From positions 4,896,001 through 4,960,000 of the forward strand of contig OZ245033.1 of assembly GCA_965224025.1 (NCBI GenBank): a DNA stretch of 64,000 bases, written 5' to 3'. A program made the translations under genes and the position numbers. The notes beneath the pieces are model-generated. The model worked only from the letters and a program-made list of their open reading frames with translations, ran no database searches and was not told the DNA's origin. This document shows, piece after piece, positions 43,311 through 52,319 of this stretch (positions within the stretch are counted from its first letter, which is position 1; each line of letters starts with the position of its first letter). Source of the DNA: Candidatus Multivorans sp. (GTDB taxonomy: Bacteria; Acidobacteriota; Thermoanaerobaculia; Multivoradales; Multivoraceae).

Positions 43311-43500
43311 AAGAAGCCCAGTTGCGCATGATCGGCGACGCACTTCCCAAGATCGTCCTCCCCCACCCATCAGTGTAAGCACGAGCCGGAATCTAGCCCG
43401 ATCTTCTCCAGGGGTCCCACTCCGACAAGGTTTCTTGACCAGCCATGTGTCGTGGTGCAGCGCATCTGTGGCCACCCGAGGCGAGTGCTAGCCTCGCCCC

Positions 43501-44264
43501 ATGACCTCCCACGACGTCCGCCGCATTTCGATCTCTCCGGACGCACTGCTCTGATCACCGGCGGCAGCCGCGGACTGGGCCGTGAAATGTCGCTTGCCTT
43601 CGCCGCCGGCGCCGACGTCGTCGTCGCCAGCCGGAAAATCGACTCCTGCCGCGAGGTGGTGGCGGAGATCGAGACGATGGGCCGCCAGGGGCTCGCCCAC
43701 GCCTGCCATGCCGGTCACTGGGATGAGGTCGATAGGCTCATCAACGCCGTCTACGAACGGTTCGGCAAGGTCGACGTGCTGGTCAACAACGCCGGCATGT
43801 CGCCGCTCTACCCCAGCCTGTCCGAGGTCGGCGAGGCGTTGTTCGACAAGGTGATCGGAGTGAACCTGAAGGGACCGTTCCGGCTCGCGGCGGTGATCGG
43901 GGAGCGCATGGCCGACGGGGACGGCGGCAGCATCATCAACGTGACGAGCACGGCCGCGATCCACCCCAGCGCCAACGCCGAACCCTACGGCGCGGCCAAG
44001 GCCGGACTGAACTCGCTGACCGAATCGCTGGCCCACGCCTACGGTCCGAAGGTCCGCGTCAACGCGATCATGCCCGGGCCCTTCCTGACCGACATCTCGA
44101 AGGCCTGGGACATGGAGGCGTTCAACAGGCGGGCGAAGACCTCGATCGCCCTGGGTCGCGGCGGCGAACCGGACGAGATCGTCGGCGCCGCGCTCTACCT
44201 GGCTTCCGACGCCTCCAGCTACACGACCGGCGCCGTACTGCGAATCGACGGCGGCAGCCGCCGA
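43501..44264 (+). pseudogene. SDR1 copy B, frameshifted after codon 9 and stop codon lost
   Basis: ATG 43501 (MTSHDVRRI) is out of frame with FDLSGRTALITGGSRGLG; one Ala codon missing (FAAGAD vs FAAAGAD); ends DGGSR-CGA where copy A has a stop. Confidence 0.8.
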
Positions 44265-44333
44265 GGGCGCGCCCTCGGCTACCTGGACCGAGGGCGACCG
44301 AGCCGCGCCCCGACCGACGCCTCAAGCCTCCAG

Positions 44334-45113
44334 TCAGGCGCGGCGAACGGTCAACCCGCCGTCCACCGGCAACGCCACGCCGGTGATGAAGGACGAAGCG
44401 GGCAGGCAGAGATGCAGCGTGCCGTGGGCCACCTCCTCGGGATCGCCGTAGCGCCGCAGGGCGGTGCGCCGGCGGGCGTAGATCTGCTTGTGCTCCTCGG
44501 GGATCCGCTCCGTCATCGCCGTGCGGATCGGCCCGGGGCAGATGCAGTTGACGGTGATCCCCTCCTTGCCGAGTTCCACCGCCAGGCCTCGGGTCAGCCC
44601 GATGACCCCCGTCTTCGCCGCCGAGTAGGCGCTGTTCAGTGGCGTCGCGCCCAGTCCTTCGGTCGAGGCGATGTTCACGATCCGCGGCGAACTCGACTTG
44701 CGGAGATGGGGCAGCGCCGCGCGGATCGTCCGCTGATGGGCGGTCAGGAGCACGTTGACCGTCTCGTGCCAGCGCTCCTCGTACTCGTCGGCGTCGATCG
44801 GCCCGCCGCGCGAGATGCCCGCGTTGTTTACCAGGATGTCCAGGCCGCCGTAGCGATCGGCGACTTCGCCGACCACCCGCTGGATCGCATCCGCGTCGCC
44901 CACGTCGAGGGTCCACGCCGTCGCCTCGCGCCCCGCGGCGCGGATCTCCGCCACCACGGCCTCAACCCCCGGGCCGTTGATGTCCGTGGCCGCGACATTG
45001 GCGCCCTCGGCCGCGAACAGCCTTGCCGTCGCCCGGCCCATGCCAGAGGCGCAACCCGTGATCAGCGCCGTCTTCCCCGCCACCGATCGGTTCAGCGTGC
45101 TCAGTTCCGTCAT
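44334..45113 (-). CDS. SDR family oxidoreductase (SDR2), intact copy B
   Basis: TGCASGMG, NNAG, YSAAK, FITGVALPVDGG; ATG overlaps the aminotransferase stop. Confidence 0.92.
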   Translation of the reverse strand: MTELSTLNRSVAGKTALITGCASGMGRATARLFAAEGANVAATDINGPGVEAVVAEIRAAGREATAWTLDVGDADAIQRVVGEVADRYGGLDILVNNAGISRGGPIDADEYEERWHETVNVLLTAHQRTIRAALPHLRKSSSPRIVNIASTEGLGATPLNSAYSAAKTGVIGLTRGLAVELGKEGITVNCICPGPIRTAMTERIPEEHKQIYARRRTALRRYGDPEEVAHGTLHLCLPASSFITGVALPVDGGLTVRRA

Positions 45114-46516
45114 CAGGATGCTCCGCCGCCCGTCTCCACCCAAGCCAGGGTCTCGTCCAGGCCGCGACTGAAGCGTTCCAGGATCTCGTCGACGTCCGAC
45201 TCGGTGACGATCAGCGGCGGGCAGAAGGCCACCGTGTCGCCGAGCGCCCGCAGAATGACGCCGTGGTCCAGGCAACGATCCTGGCAGTACGTCCCGATGC
45301 CGCGCGTCACCGGGAAGGCCTCACGCGTCTCCTTGTCGGCAACGAGTTCGCAGGCGCCGAGCAGCCCGACGCCGCGCGTCTCCCCCACCAGCGGGTGATC
45401 CGCGAACCGCCGCAGCCCGGCCTGGAAGTACCGACCGACCCGGTCGGCACGGGCGTAGAGATCGCCCTTTTCCATCAGCTCCAGAGCTTTGAGCGCTACC
45501 GCGGCACAGACCGGATGCCCCGTGTAGGTGAAGCCGTGGCCGAACAGGCCCCAGCGCTCGCCCGCTTCGACGAAGACATCGACCATCTCGTCCGGCACCA
45601 GCACCGCGCTGATCGGCATGTAGGCGGATGACAGGGCTTTCGCGACCGAGACGGTATCCGGCCTCATGCCCATCGCCTCGGCGCCGAACGGCGTACCGAG
45701 CCGGCCGAACCCGCAGATTACCTCGTCGTCGATCAGCAGCACGTCGTGCTCGTCGAGGACCTTCTGGATCGCCGGGTAGTAACCCTCGGGCGGCACGACG
45801 ACGCCGCCGGCGCCCAGAACCGGCTCGGCAATGAAGGCCGCGACGGTTTCGGGCCCCTCGGCTCGGATCAACTTGTCGAGTTCGGCCGCCAGCCGGGCAG
45901 TGAACTCCGCTTCCGTCTCGCCCGGCTTGCCGTCCCGGTAGTAGTGCGGACAGGTCACGTGGCGGAACTGCGGCAGCGGCAGGTCGAAGCTCTTGTGGAA
46001 CGGGGGCAGCCCGGTCATGCTGCCGGCTGCCAGCGAGACGCCGTGGTAGCCGCGGCGGCGGCTGATGATCTTCTTCTTCTCCGGCCGACCGAGCGCGTTG
46101 TTGTAGTACCAGACGAGCTTGACCTGGGTGTCGTTCGCGTCCGATCCGGAGGTGCCGAAGAAGGCCTTCGCGTTCGCAATCGGCCCGATCTCGCGCAGCT
46201 TCTCGGCCAGCGCGACCGCCGGTTCGTGGCTGCGACCGGCGAAGAGATGGGAGAAGGAGAGCTTCCGAATCTGCTCGGCGGCGGCTTCCGCGAGTTCCTC
46301 CACTCCGTAGCCCAGGGCGGTGCACCACAGGCCGGCCAACCCCTCGATGTACTCCTTGCCGTGCTCGTCCCAGACCCGGATACCCCGACCCCGTTCGATG
46401 ACCAGCGGCCCGTCGCGGCGAAGGGCTGGAAGGTCCGTCGTCGGATGGAGGACGGACAGGTGGTCGCGATCTGACGTCGAAGGGGCGAACGTAGTCGCCG
46501 CGGCGGGTAGGCTCAT
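45113..46516 (-). CDS. Class-III PLP aminotransferase (omega-amino acid / BioA-like), intact copy B
   Basis: GLAGLWC, SGSDAND, GYHG, AFIAEPV, DDEVICGFGRLG, AKALSS, HGFTYTGHP. Confidence 0.93.
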   Translation of the reverse strand: MSLPAAATTFAPSTSDRDHLSVLHPTTDLPALRRDGPLVIERGRGIRVWDEHGKEYIEGLAGLWCTALGYGVEELAEAAAEQIRKLSFSHLFAGRSHEPAVALAEKLREIGPIANAKAFFGTSGSDANDTQVKLVWYYNNALGRPEKKKIISRRRGYHGVSLAAGSMTGLPPFHKSFDLPLPQFRHVTCPHYYRDGKPGETEAEFTARLAAELDKLIRAEGPETVAAFIAEPVLGAGGVVVPPEGYYPAIQKVLDEHDVLLIDDEVICGFGRLGTPFGAEAMGMRPDTVSVAKALSSAYMPISAVLVPDEMVDVFVEAGERWGLFGHGFTYTGHPVCAAVALKALELMEKGDLYARADRVGRYFQAGLRRFADHPLVGETRGVGLLGACELVADKETREAFPVTRGIGTYCQDRCLDHGVILRALGDTVAFCPPLIVTESDVDEILERFSRGLDETLAWVETGGGAS

Positions 46517-46661
46517 GTCAACTCCCGGGTTCCATCCGTGCGCTCGACGACGAGCGCACGAACGGGTTCACGGATGGCGCGGACCGCGCCGCCCGGGTTC
46601 GGTTCATCGTCAAAGCAGGAGCAGTCTACGTCGCATCGATTTGCGACCGCACCGGCGGTGT

Positions 46662-49600
46662 TCAGAGATCGGTGTCGCCCCGGAGAAGCTGGCGAGCGAT
46701 CATCCGGTTCATGATCTCGTTCGAACCGTCGGCCACGTTCGTGCCCCGGCCAACCTTCACGTCCACCACGTCGAATCCGCGCCGTCGCGTCACCTCGCCG
46801 GTAGCGGCGAAGAACCAACGTCCAGGCGCCAGACTCACCACTGGCTCTTCTCCACCCGACTTGTAGCGGATTGCCCCCTCGGGATCGAGTGGTGTCCGCG
46901 ACCAGACCACTTGTGCCTCTTCATCGGGCGCCAGGCCAGCGACTCGAACTCGCAGCCGCCCAAGAGCCTCCAGCCGAAGCAACGCTCCGTTGACCGAATT
47001 CGGTCGCAGATCGACCGCTTCCTCCAAGTCGCCGCTCGTCGATCGCACCGCAACTTCGTAGGCGCCGGGAACGGCCGACAACGTGAAGCCACCGTCCGCA
47101 GTCGACAGGGTTCGATATATGTCGACAGATTCGGGGGAACGAAGCGCGACCGACGCTCCGACGACTGCAGCGCCCGCAGCATCGAGCACTCTCCCCGAGA
47201 AGACTCGATCGCTGAGATCCAGCCCGACCTCGTTCTCGCCCGCGACCAACTTGACGATGCGACTGACGATGCGACCGGTTGCAGGATGCTCCGCGAAAAT
47301 GGTCTGTAGTCCGGTACGAGCACGAAGCAGGAAGCGCCCATCATCCGAAGACTCGGTGGCCTTCCTGCCGATCCAGACCCGCACCGCCCTCAAGGGGCCC
47401 GATTCCGACCACACCTCGCCATGGACCATGGCGCCCAGCGGTGCCAGACGCGCAACGAAGGCGTTCTCCCCTTCGAACTCCGACACATGAACGGACCGTT
47501 GCCAAAGTTCCGTCTCGGGCGAGGAGACTCGCAGGTCGTAGTCGCCTGGCGCAAGACCGACGATCCGTTGTTCTGGCCCCGGTTGGCACGCCTCGCGCCT
47601 CCCGGAAGATCCGGTCGACGAGGTACCCAGCCGCACCATCAGCAGAGCGGAACAGTCTGTTGGCGCCCCCGCTTCGTCCTCGACCCGAACCGACACGGCA
47701 ACCCCTGGTTCACGCACTATCTCCACTGGCTGGTCCCTGAGAGCAAGACCGACGACACGTTCCGGGAGATAACCGTCAGCCGTGACCTGAAGGTTGAGCA
47801 TGTCGCCGGGCAGCAGGCCTCCGATGGAGAAATCTCCGCCCGCCATCTCGGCCTCGGCGGGATTCAGGAGAAGGGCGGGACTTCCGACAGGTAGGGAGGG
47901 AGGAGCTTCCGCACCCGCCCTGGAGTACAACACCTGAACATCCACCACCAGACGGCCATCGGCACCAAGGACTCTGCCAACCAGCTTCTCACCGGGCCGG
48001 AGAACAACGGCGCCAAGATCGATCACCGTTTGACCTGTCGCCCGCCCTGGGAGCATCCGGGTCTCCGTAACCCAACCAGACGCCGCCGCGACCAGCGCAC
48101 GACCCTCGGATCGGCCCCGAGGCAACTTCAGCCGAAACCGGCCGCCGGCATCGGAGACCGCCCAGGTTATCCCTTCCACGATCCTCCAGCGGCTCGGCGG
48201 CCCGTGGACCAAGTACGCCAAGTCGCGGTTCACTGTCGTCACTTCCGCGCCCGCTATGGGCTCACCATCCGGCCCGCAGAGTCGCCCAGCCAACCAGAGT
48301 TCGGGCACGAGGACGAAATCCGCTCGTTCGGCAGCCACCGTCGGCGGCAAGAGCACTCCAACCGAAACCGGGCCGAACCCCTCCTTATGCGCTTCGACAC
48401 GCAAATCCTCGTGCGTGGGGAGATCGACCAGACGGTACTGGCCTTCTTGGTCGGTCGTCGTCGCGGCGGTCACGAGGGCCCCGGCGACCCGATAGGGAGG
48501 CGGGTCAACCACCCGCACCGTAGCTCCGACCAGGGGAAGACCCAGCTCATCGGTCACCCTTCCTTCGATAGTCCCTGCAAGCGGCAGTGCCAGATCGATA
48601 CCTGCTCTCCCGCCCAGCGGGCGACGCGCGGGAAGACGCCCGGGAGCCCACGCCGCCAGCACCCACGCATCTCTCGAAGCGACCTGCCCATGCGGAACCC
48701 TGTGAGCAAAATGGCCTCGTTCGTTCGTGGGACTCACTTCCGGCGCGAGAGGCGACAGGGGAGAACGCCGAGCCCACCTCAATGGCCCCAACGCCGAGGA
48801 CCTTCCCCAGTCAAAGGCAGGATCCAGCCTCTGTTCGACCCAAACGAGAGCACCTTCGCCGCTTGATTCAACAGGTGACCGTACGCTACCGCGCACATTG
48901 AAACCTCGAGCGGTCGCGCCGCCTCCGCCGGACTTGAACTCACCCGGGCCCTGCGCCTCGGCGACTTGCGTGTCACTTTCCGCGCTGCGACTCGCGACAG
49001 GGTCAGTCCCTGCGGCGCTACCGCTTCCTTGCGTGCCCAAGTCGCCCCCGGGAGCCAGATTGAGCGACGAGCGGAGACGCTCCATGGACTCGAAGCGAAC
49101 GTCGCAACCCGCGTGAAGAAGCGGCCCATCCACCTCCGGGCGATTGCGACTCGCCACAGCTGGCCTCAGCGAGCCCGAGACCGTCACAAGGTCCACGGTC
49201 CCGGTCCCGGAGCCCAACGTCGTCGCCAGCATCGCCGGCCGCCATCCCGGACCGCCAGTGAACTCCTCGACTGGCCAAAGCAACGCGGGGCTCGGTTCGG
49301 CCGCATCCACCAAGCTCACCCGGCAGGTCCGACCAGCCTGAAGACGCACCGGCGGCGCCTCGACACGCCCGCCCCGAGCCATGACGAGGACCTCCTGGGC
49401 CACGGCGGTTGGCGCCGAAACCACCAGCCGGTAGCGCCCGGGAGCGACCTCGACGGCAAAACGACCACTTCTCTCGACCGGGGCCACAGCCAGAGGCGAG
49501 ACCGCGCGCTCGTGCCCATCAGCGACGTCCTCCACCCACGAGAAGTCAGGCGCCGGCCACACCGCGACAACAGCCTCGGCGTCCGCACGCCCCTCAAACT

Positions 49601-49745
49601 CCACACGCCCCCCAACCAGGACTGGAGCCAACGTCCTGTCAGGGATCTCGGGCCTCTCCACGTGCGCTGTCGTCTGCCCAACCGCCGGGCAAGCCAAGAA
49701 CGCAAGCGCGGCAACACAACGGAGACCTGTGCCGTGTTGGGGCAA
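46662..49745 (-). CDS. Secreted multi-domain protein with repeated carboxypeptidase-regulatory-like (transthyretin-fold) domains
   Basis: Signal peptide; repeated GRVTDELGLPLVGATV / GRLCGPDGEPIAGAEV / GRVLDAAGAAVVGASV followed by TDxxGxY/F motifs. Confidence 0.75.
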   Translation of the reverse strand: MPQHGTGLRCVAALAFLACPAVGQTTAHVERPEIPDRTLAPVLVGGRVEFEGRADAEAVVAVWPAPDFSWVEDVADGHERAVSPLAVAPVERSGRFAVEVAPGRYRLVVSAPTAVAQEVLVMARGGRVEAPPVRLQAGRTCRVSLVDAAEPSPALLWPVEEFTGGPGWRPAMLATTLGSGTGTVDLVTVSGSLRPAVASRNRPEVDGPLLHAGCDVRFESMERLRSSLNLAPGGDLGTQGSGSAAGTDPVASRSAESDTQVAEAQGPGEFKSGGGGATARGFNVRGSVRSPVESSGEGALVWVEQRLDPAFDWGRSSALGPLRWARRSPLSPLAPEVSPTNERGHFAHRVPHGQVASRDAWVLAAWAPGRLPARRPLGGRAGIDLALPLAGTIEGRVTDELGLPLVGATVRVVDPPPYRVAGALVTAATTTDQEGQYRLVDLPTHEDLRVEAHKEGFGPVSVGVLLPPTVAAERADFVLVPELWLAGRLCGPDGEPIAGAEVTTVNRDLAYLVHGPPSRWRIVEGITWAVSDAGGRFRLKLPRGRSEGRALVAAASGWVTETRMLPGRATGQTVIDLGAVVLRPGEKLVGRVLGADGRLVVDVQVLYSRAGAEAPPSLPVGSPALLLNPAEAEMAGGDFSIGGLLPGDMLNLQVTADGYLPERVVGLALRDQPVEIVREPGVAVSVRVEDEAGAPTDCSALLMVRLGTSSTGSSGRREACQPGPEQRIVGLAPGDYDLRVSSPETELWQRSVHVSEFEGENAFVARLAPLGAMVHGEVWSESGPLRAVRVWIGRKATESSDDGRFLLRARTGLQTIFAEHPATGRIVSRIVKLVAGENEVGLDLSDRVFSGRVLDAAGAAVVGASVALRSPESVDIYRTLSTADGGFTLSAVPGAYEVAVRSTSGDLEEAVDLRPNSVNGALLRLEALGRLRVRVAGLAPDEEAQVVWSRTPLDPEGAIRYKSGGEEPVVSLAPGRWFFAATGEVTRRRGFDVVDVKVGRGTNVADGSNEIMNRMIARQLLRGDTDL

Positions 49746-49790
49746 CCCGACGGTACCTTTCAGGATAGCCTCGCCCGATCTCTTTGCCGA

Positions 49791-50144
49791 TCAGTCAGGG
49801 TCGCAACTGATCGGTACCTGCCCGCCAGGCGTTTGACAAATGATCCCGTGCTGATTCGAGGTGCCGCTGGTGGTCCCGGGAGGACAATCGATACTGCCAG
49901 GATGCCCAGGCGACGTACCTCCGCCGCCACAATCGTTCCACGCGTTGACTCTGTCAACAATGCCGTCATTGTCGTAGTCGCGAGCTCAAGCCCCCCAGCG
50001 TCGCCCGTCCGCGTTCTTCGGACCACACTCAGAGGGTTGAACATTCGACGCCGAGCAGGGGCTCGAGTCGTTGCCACAGCCCGTCGCCAGCGCGGCTATG
50101 GCCACCAGCACAAGTACACCCCTTCTTTCTGCTTGCTTCTCCAT
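49791..50144 (-). pseudogene. Small Cys-rich lipoprotein with in-frame TGA (nonsense allele or recoded codon)
   Basis: MEKQAERRGVLVLVAIAALATGC...RRWGA*ARDYDNDGIVDRVNAWNDC...ISCDPD*; TGA at 49986-49988; reading frame stays open for 64 more codons. Confidence 0.6.
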
Positions 50145-50236
50145 CGCTACTATTGCCTCCCTTCGTTGCATTGGCGTGCCCGCTCGTGACGCAGAGTGCA
50201 TCAGCGAGGCTGAGACACTCATTCGGCGAATGGAGC

Positions 50237-51883
50237 TTATCTCCTGTGAAGCGCTTGGTCCAAGGCGTCCAGCTTCTCCTTCCACAGGCCTGCCTGGACA
50301 CCAACCTCGTCGCCGACGACGAGCGCCAGGGCGCTGTCCGCCTCGTACCTCGGCCACACCGGCAAGCCCTCGCCGTTCGGATCCCCGGTCTTGGCGAAGT
50401 TCGTCCAGTAGCTCGACAACAGGTCGGCGACCTCGTGGTCCCAGTCCTCCCAGTTGATCCCGACCAGGTCGGTGTTGCCGAACACGTAGGCGAGATCGCC
50501 GGAGTGGTAAGCGCCGAACCGGCGGGGACCGCCCTCTCCACCCAGGTCCGGTCGATCCGGAAGGTAAAGCCGAAACACCGGCGGCGCGTGACTGATGAAG
50601 TAGAGATACGCGTCACCGCCGGAGGCCGACGCGTGGCGGACCCACGTACGACTCCCCCAGCCGAAGATCGTGTCGGACGTGATCAGGGTCGGCACGGCCC
50701 CGGGCGCCTGCTCCGCCTCGGCGGCATAGGCCGCGAGCAGCCCTTCTGCCGCATCGCCGTAGTTCTCCTCCAACTGCTGTTCGAGTTCCGCCCGTTCGAG
50801 CGGCGGTCCGGGCGCGAACAGGGCGCTCGACTCGTCGCCCATGAAGCCGACCATCATCGGTACGCGATTGTGCTCGCCGCGGGCGTATATCGCCGCCGGC
50901 TGGTCGGGCAGGTACCAACCGTCGACGATCGTCTTCGAGCCGGGGGACCAACCGGAACTGCCGGCGGCCGCCAGCACGTCCTCGGCGGAAGCGGCACGGA
51001 GCTCCGCGACCGCGTCCTTCCCGGGATCTTTCCCAACGCCCAGTTCGCCGGCCAGCAGCTCGCCCCGCGTTTCCGCCTGCTCCAGGGTCTCGAGCGGCGT
51101 GAAGCAACCCGCTGACTGACCGACCGCTCGGTGAAACAGACCGGCCGCAAGCGGCGAGGCAACCAGACTGCAGACGCTCATCGAACCGGCCGACTGGCCG
51201 AAGATCAGGACCCGCTCCGGATCGCCGCCGAAGGCTTCGGCGTTCGCCCGCACCCATTCGAGCGCCGCGATCTTGTCCAGCAGGCCGTAGTTTCCCGAAG
51301 AGCCGTGCTCCGACTCGGCGCTCAGACCAGCATGCGCCAGGAAGCCGAAGGACCCGAGCCGATAGTTGATCGAGACCAGAACGACGCCCTTGCGCGCCAG
51401 CGCCGCGCCGTCGAACATGAGCGACGAACCGTGGCCCACCTCGTGGCTGCCGCCGTGGAACCAGACCATGACCGGGCGCGGGCCCTCGGTAGCGGCATCC
51501 GCGGCCGTCCAGAGGTCGAGGTACAGGCAGTCTTCGCTGCGCTCGATCTCGCCGCGGCTGTAGATCGACGTGTCGGGCGTGATTCCCTGCCAGCAGGGGG
51601 CGCCCGATTCGAGTGCGCCGCGAACCCCCTCCCACGACGCGGGGGGCCGCGGCGGACGCCAGCGCAGGTCGCCCACCGGCGGTGCCGCGTACGGGATGCC
51701 GCGGAACACGAGCACGTCGCCCGCGGGACCGCGCCCGTCATCGACCGCGGCGCCCTGGACGCGGCCGGACGCCGTCTCGACGACGAGGCCCGGGCCGTCG
51801 GCGCCGGGCTCTCCCGACCCGCCACAGGCGGCAGCAGCGACGGCGATCACGAAGACAAGTAGATACGGCGGCCTGCGTTGCAT
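50237..51883 (-). CDS. Carboxylesterase type B (PnbA-like), lipoprotein
   Basis: FRGIPYAAPPVGDLRWRPP, SEDCLYL, GQSAG nucleophile, GAYHSGDL; AAAAC lipobox-like signal. Confidence 0.93.
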   Translation of the reverse strand: MQRRPPYLLVFVIAVAAAACGGSGEPGADGPGLVVETASGRVQGAAVDDGRGPAGDVLVFRGIPYAAPPVGDLRWRPPRPPASWEGVRGALESGAPCWQGITPDTSIYSRGEIERSEDCLYLDLWTAADAATEGPRPVMVWFHGGSHEVGHGSSLMFDGAALARKGVVLVSINYRLGSFGFLAHAGLSAESEHGSSGNYGLLDKIAALEWVRANAEAFGGDPERVLIFGQSAGSMSVCSLVASPLAAGLFHRAVGQSAGCFTPLETLEQAETRGELLAGELGVGKDPGKDAVAELRAASAEDVLAAAGSSGWSPGSKTIVDGWYLPDQPAAIYARGEHNRVPMMVGFMGDESSALFAPGPPLERAELEQQLEENYGDAAEGLLAAYAAEAEQAPGAVPTLITSDTIFGWGSRTWVRHASASGGDAYLYFISHAPPVFRLYLPDRPDLGGEGGPRRFGAYHSGDLAYVFGNTDLVGINWEDWDHEVADLLSSYWTNFAKTGDPNGEGLPVWPRYEADSALALVVGDEVGVQAGLWKEKLDALDQALHRR

Positions 51884-51907
51884 GGGAACTCCCCTCCGTT
51901 CACGGAA

Positions 51908-52309
51908 TCAGTCCTGCAACAGTAGCCGCTGCACCTGCTCGGAAAGCGGCACGGGCCGTCCGGCCCTGGTGTCCAGCAACACCCAACGATGCGTGAAGCG
52001 GGCGATCTCGCGGCCGTCCGCCGCGGAGAGGACCTCGAAGTCCTGGTCGAAGCCGTGATCGTTCGCCTCCGTCGTGCGCACCCGGATCCGCGCCCCCTCC
52101 TGCCACCGCAGCGGCGAGAAGTAGGTCGCCGCGGTCGAACGCTGCACGGCATAGACGTGTTCCGGCTTGTGCCCCGCGTCGATGCCGCAGTGCGACTCGA
52201 ACCGCGCGTACGCCATTTCGGTCAGCGCCAGCAACACACCGGCGTGGACGTAGCCGGTCGCCGCGAAGCAGTCCGAGTGTCGTGTCTCGAACTCGGTCTC
52301 GAACGTCAC
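51908..52309 (-). CDS. Hotdog-fold acyl-CoA thioesterase (YbgC/4HBT-like)
   Basis: ETRHSDCFAATGYVHAGVLLALTEMA, YFSPLRW, WVLLDTRAGRPVPL. Confidence 0.75.
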   Translation of the reverse strand: MTFETEFETRHSDCFAATGYVHAGVLLALTEMAYARFESHCGIDAGHKPEHVYAVQRSTAATYFSPLRWQEGARIRVRTTEANDHGFDQDFEVLSAADGREIARFTHRWVLLDTRAGRPVPLSEQVQRLLLQD

Positions 52310-52319
52310 GCGAGCGGCC

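Noticed and set aside
43452-45398. 648-aa SDR fusion protein
   Set aside because: SDR1-B lost its stop and reads into the antisense strand of SDR2
49760-50077. 105-aa ORF-track protein
   Set aside because: An alternative frame of the Cys-rich lipoprotein, whose own frame gives more protein-like sequence
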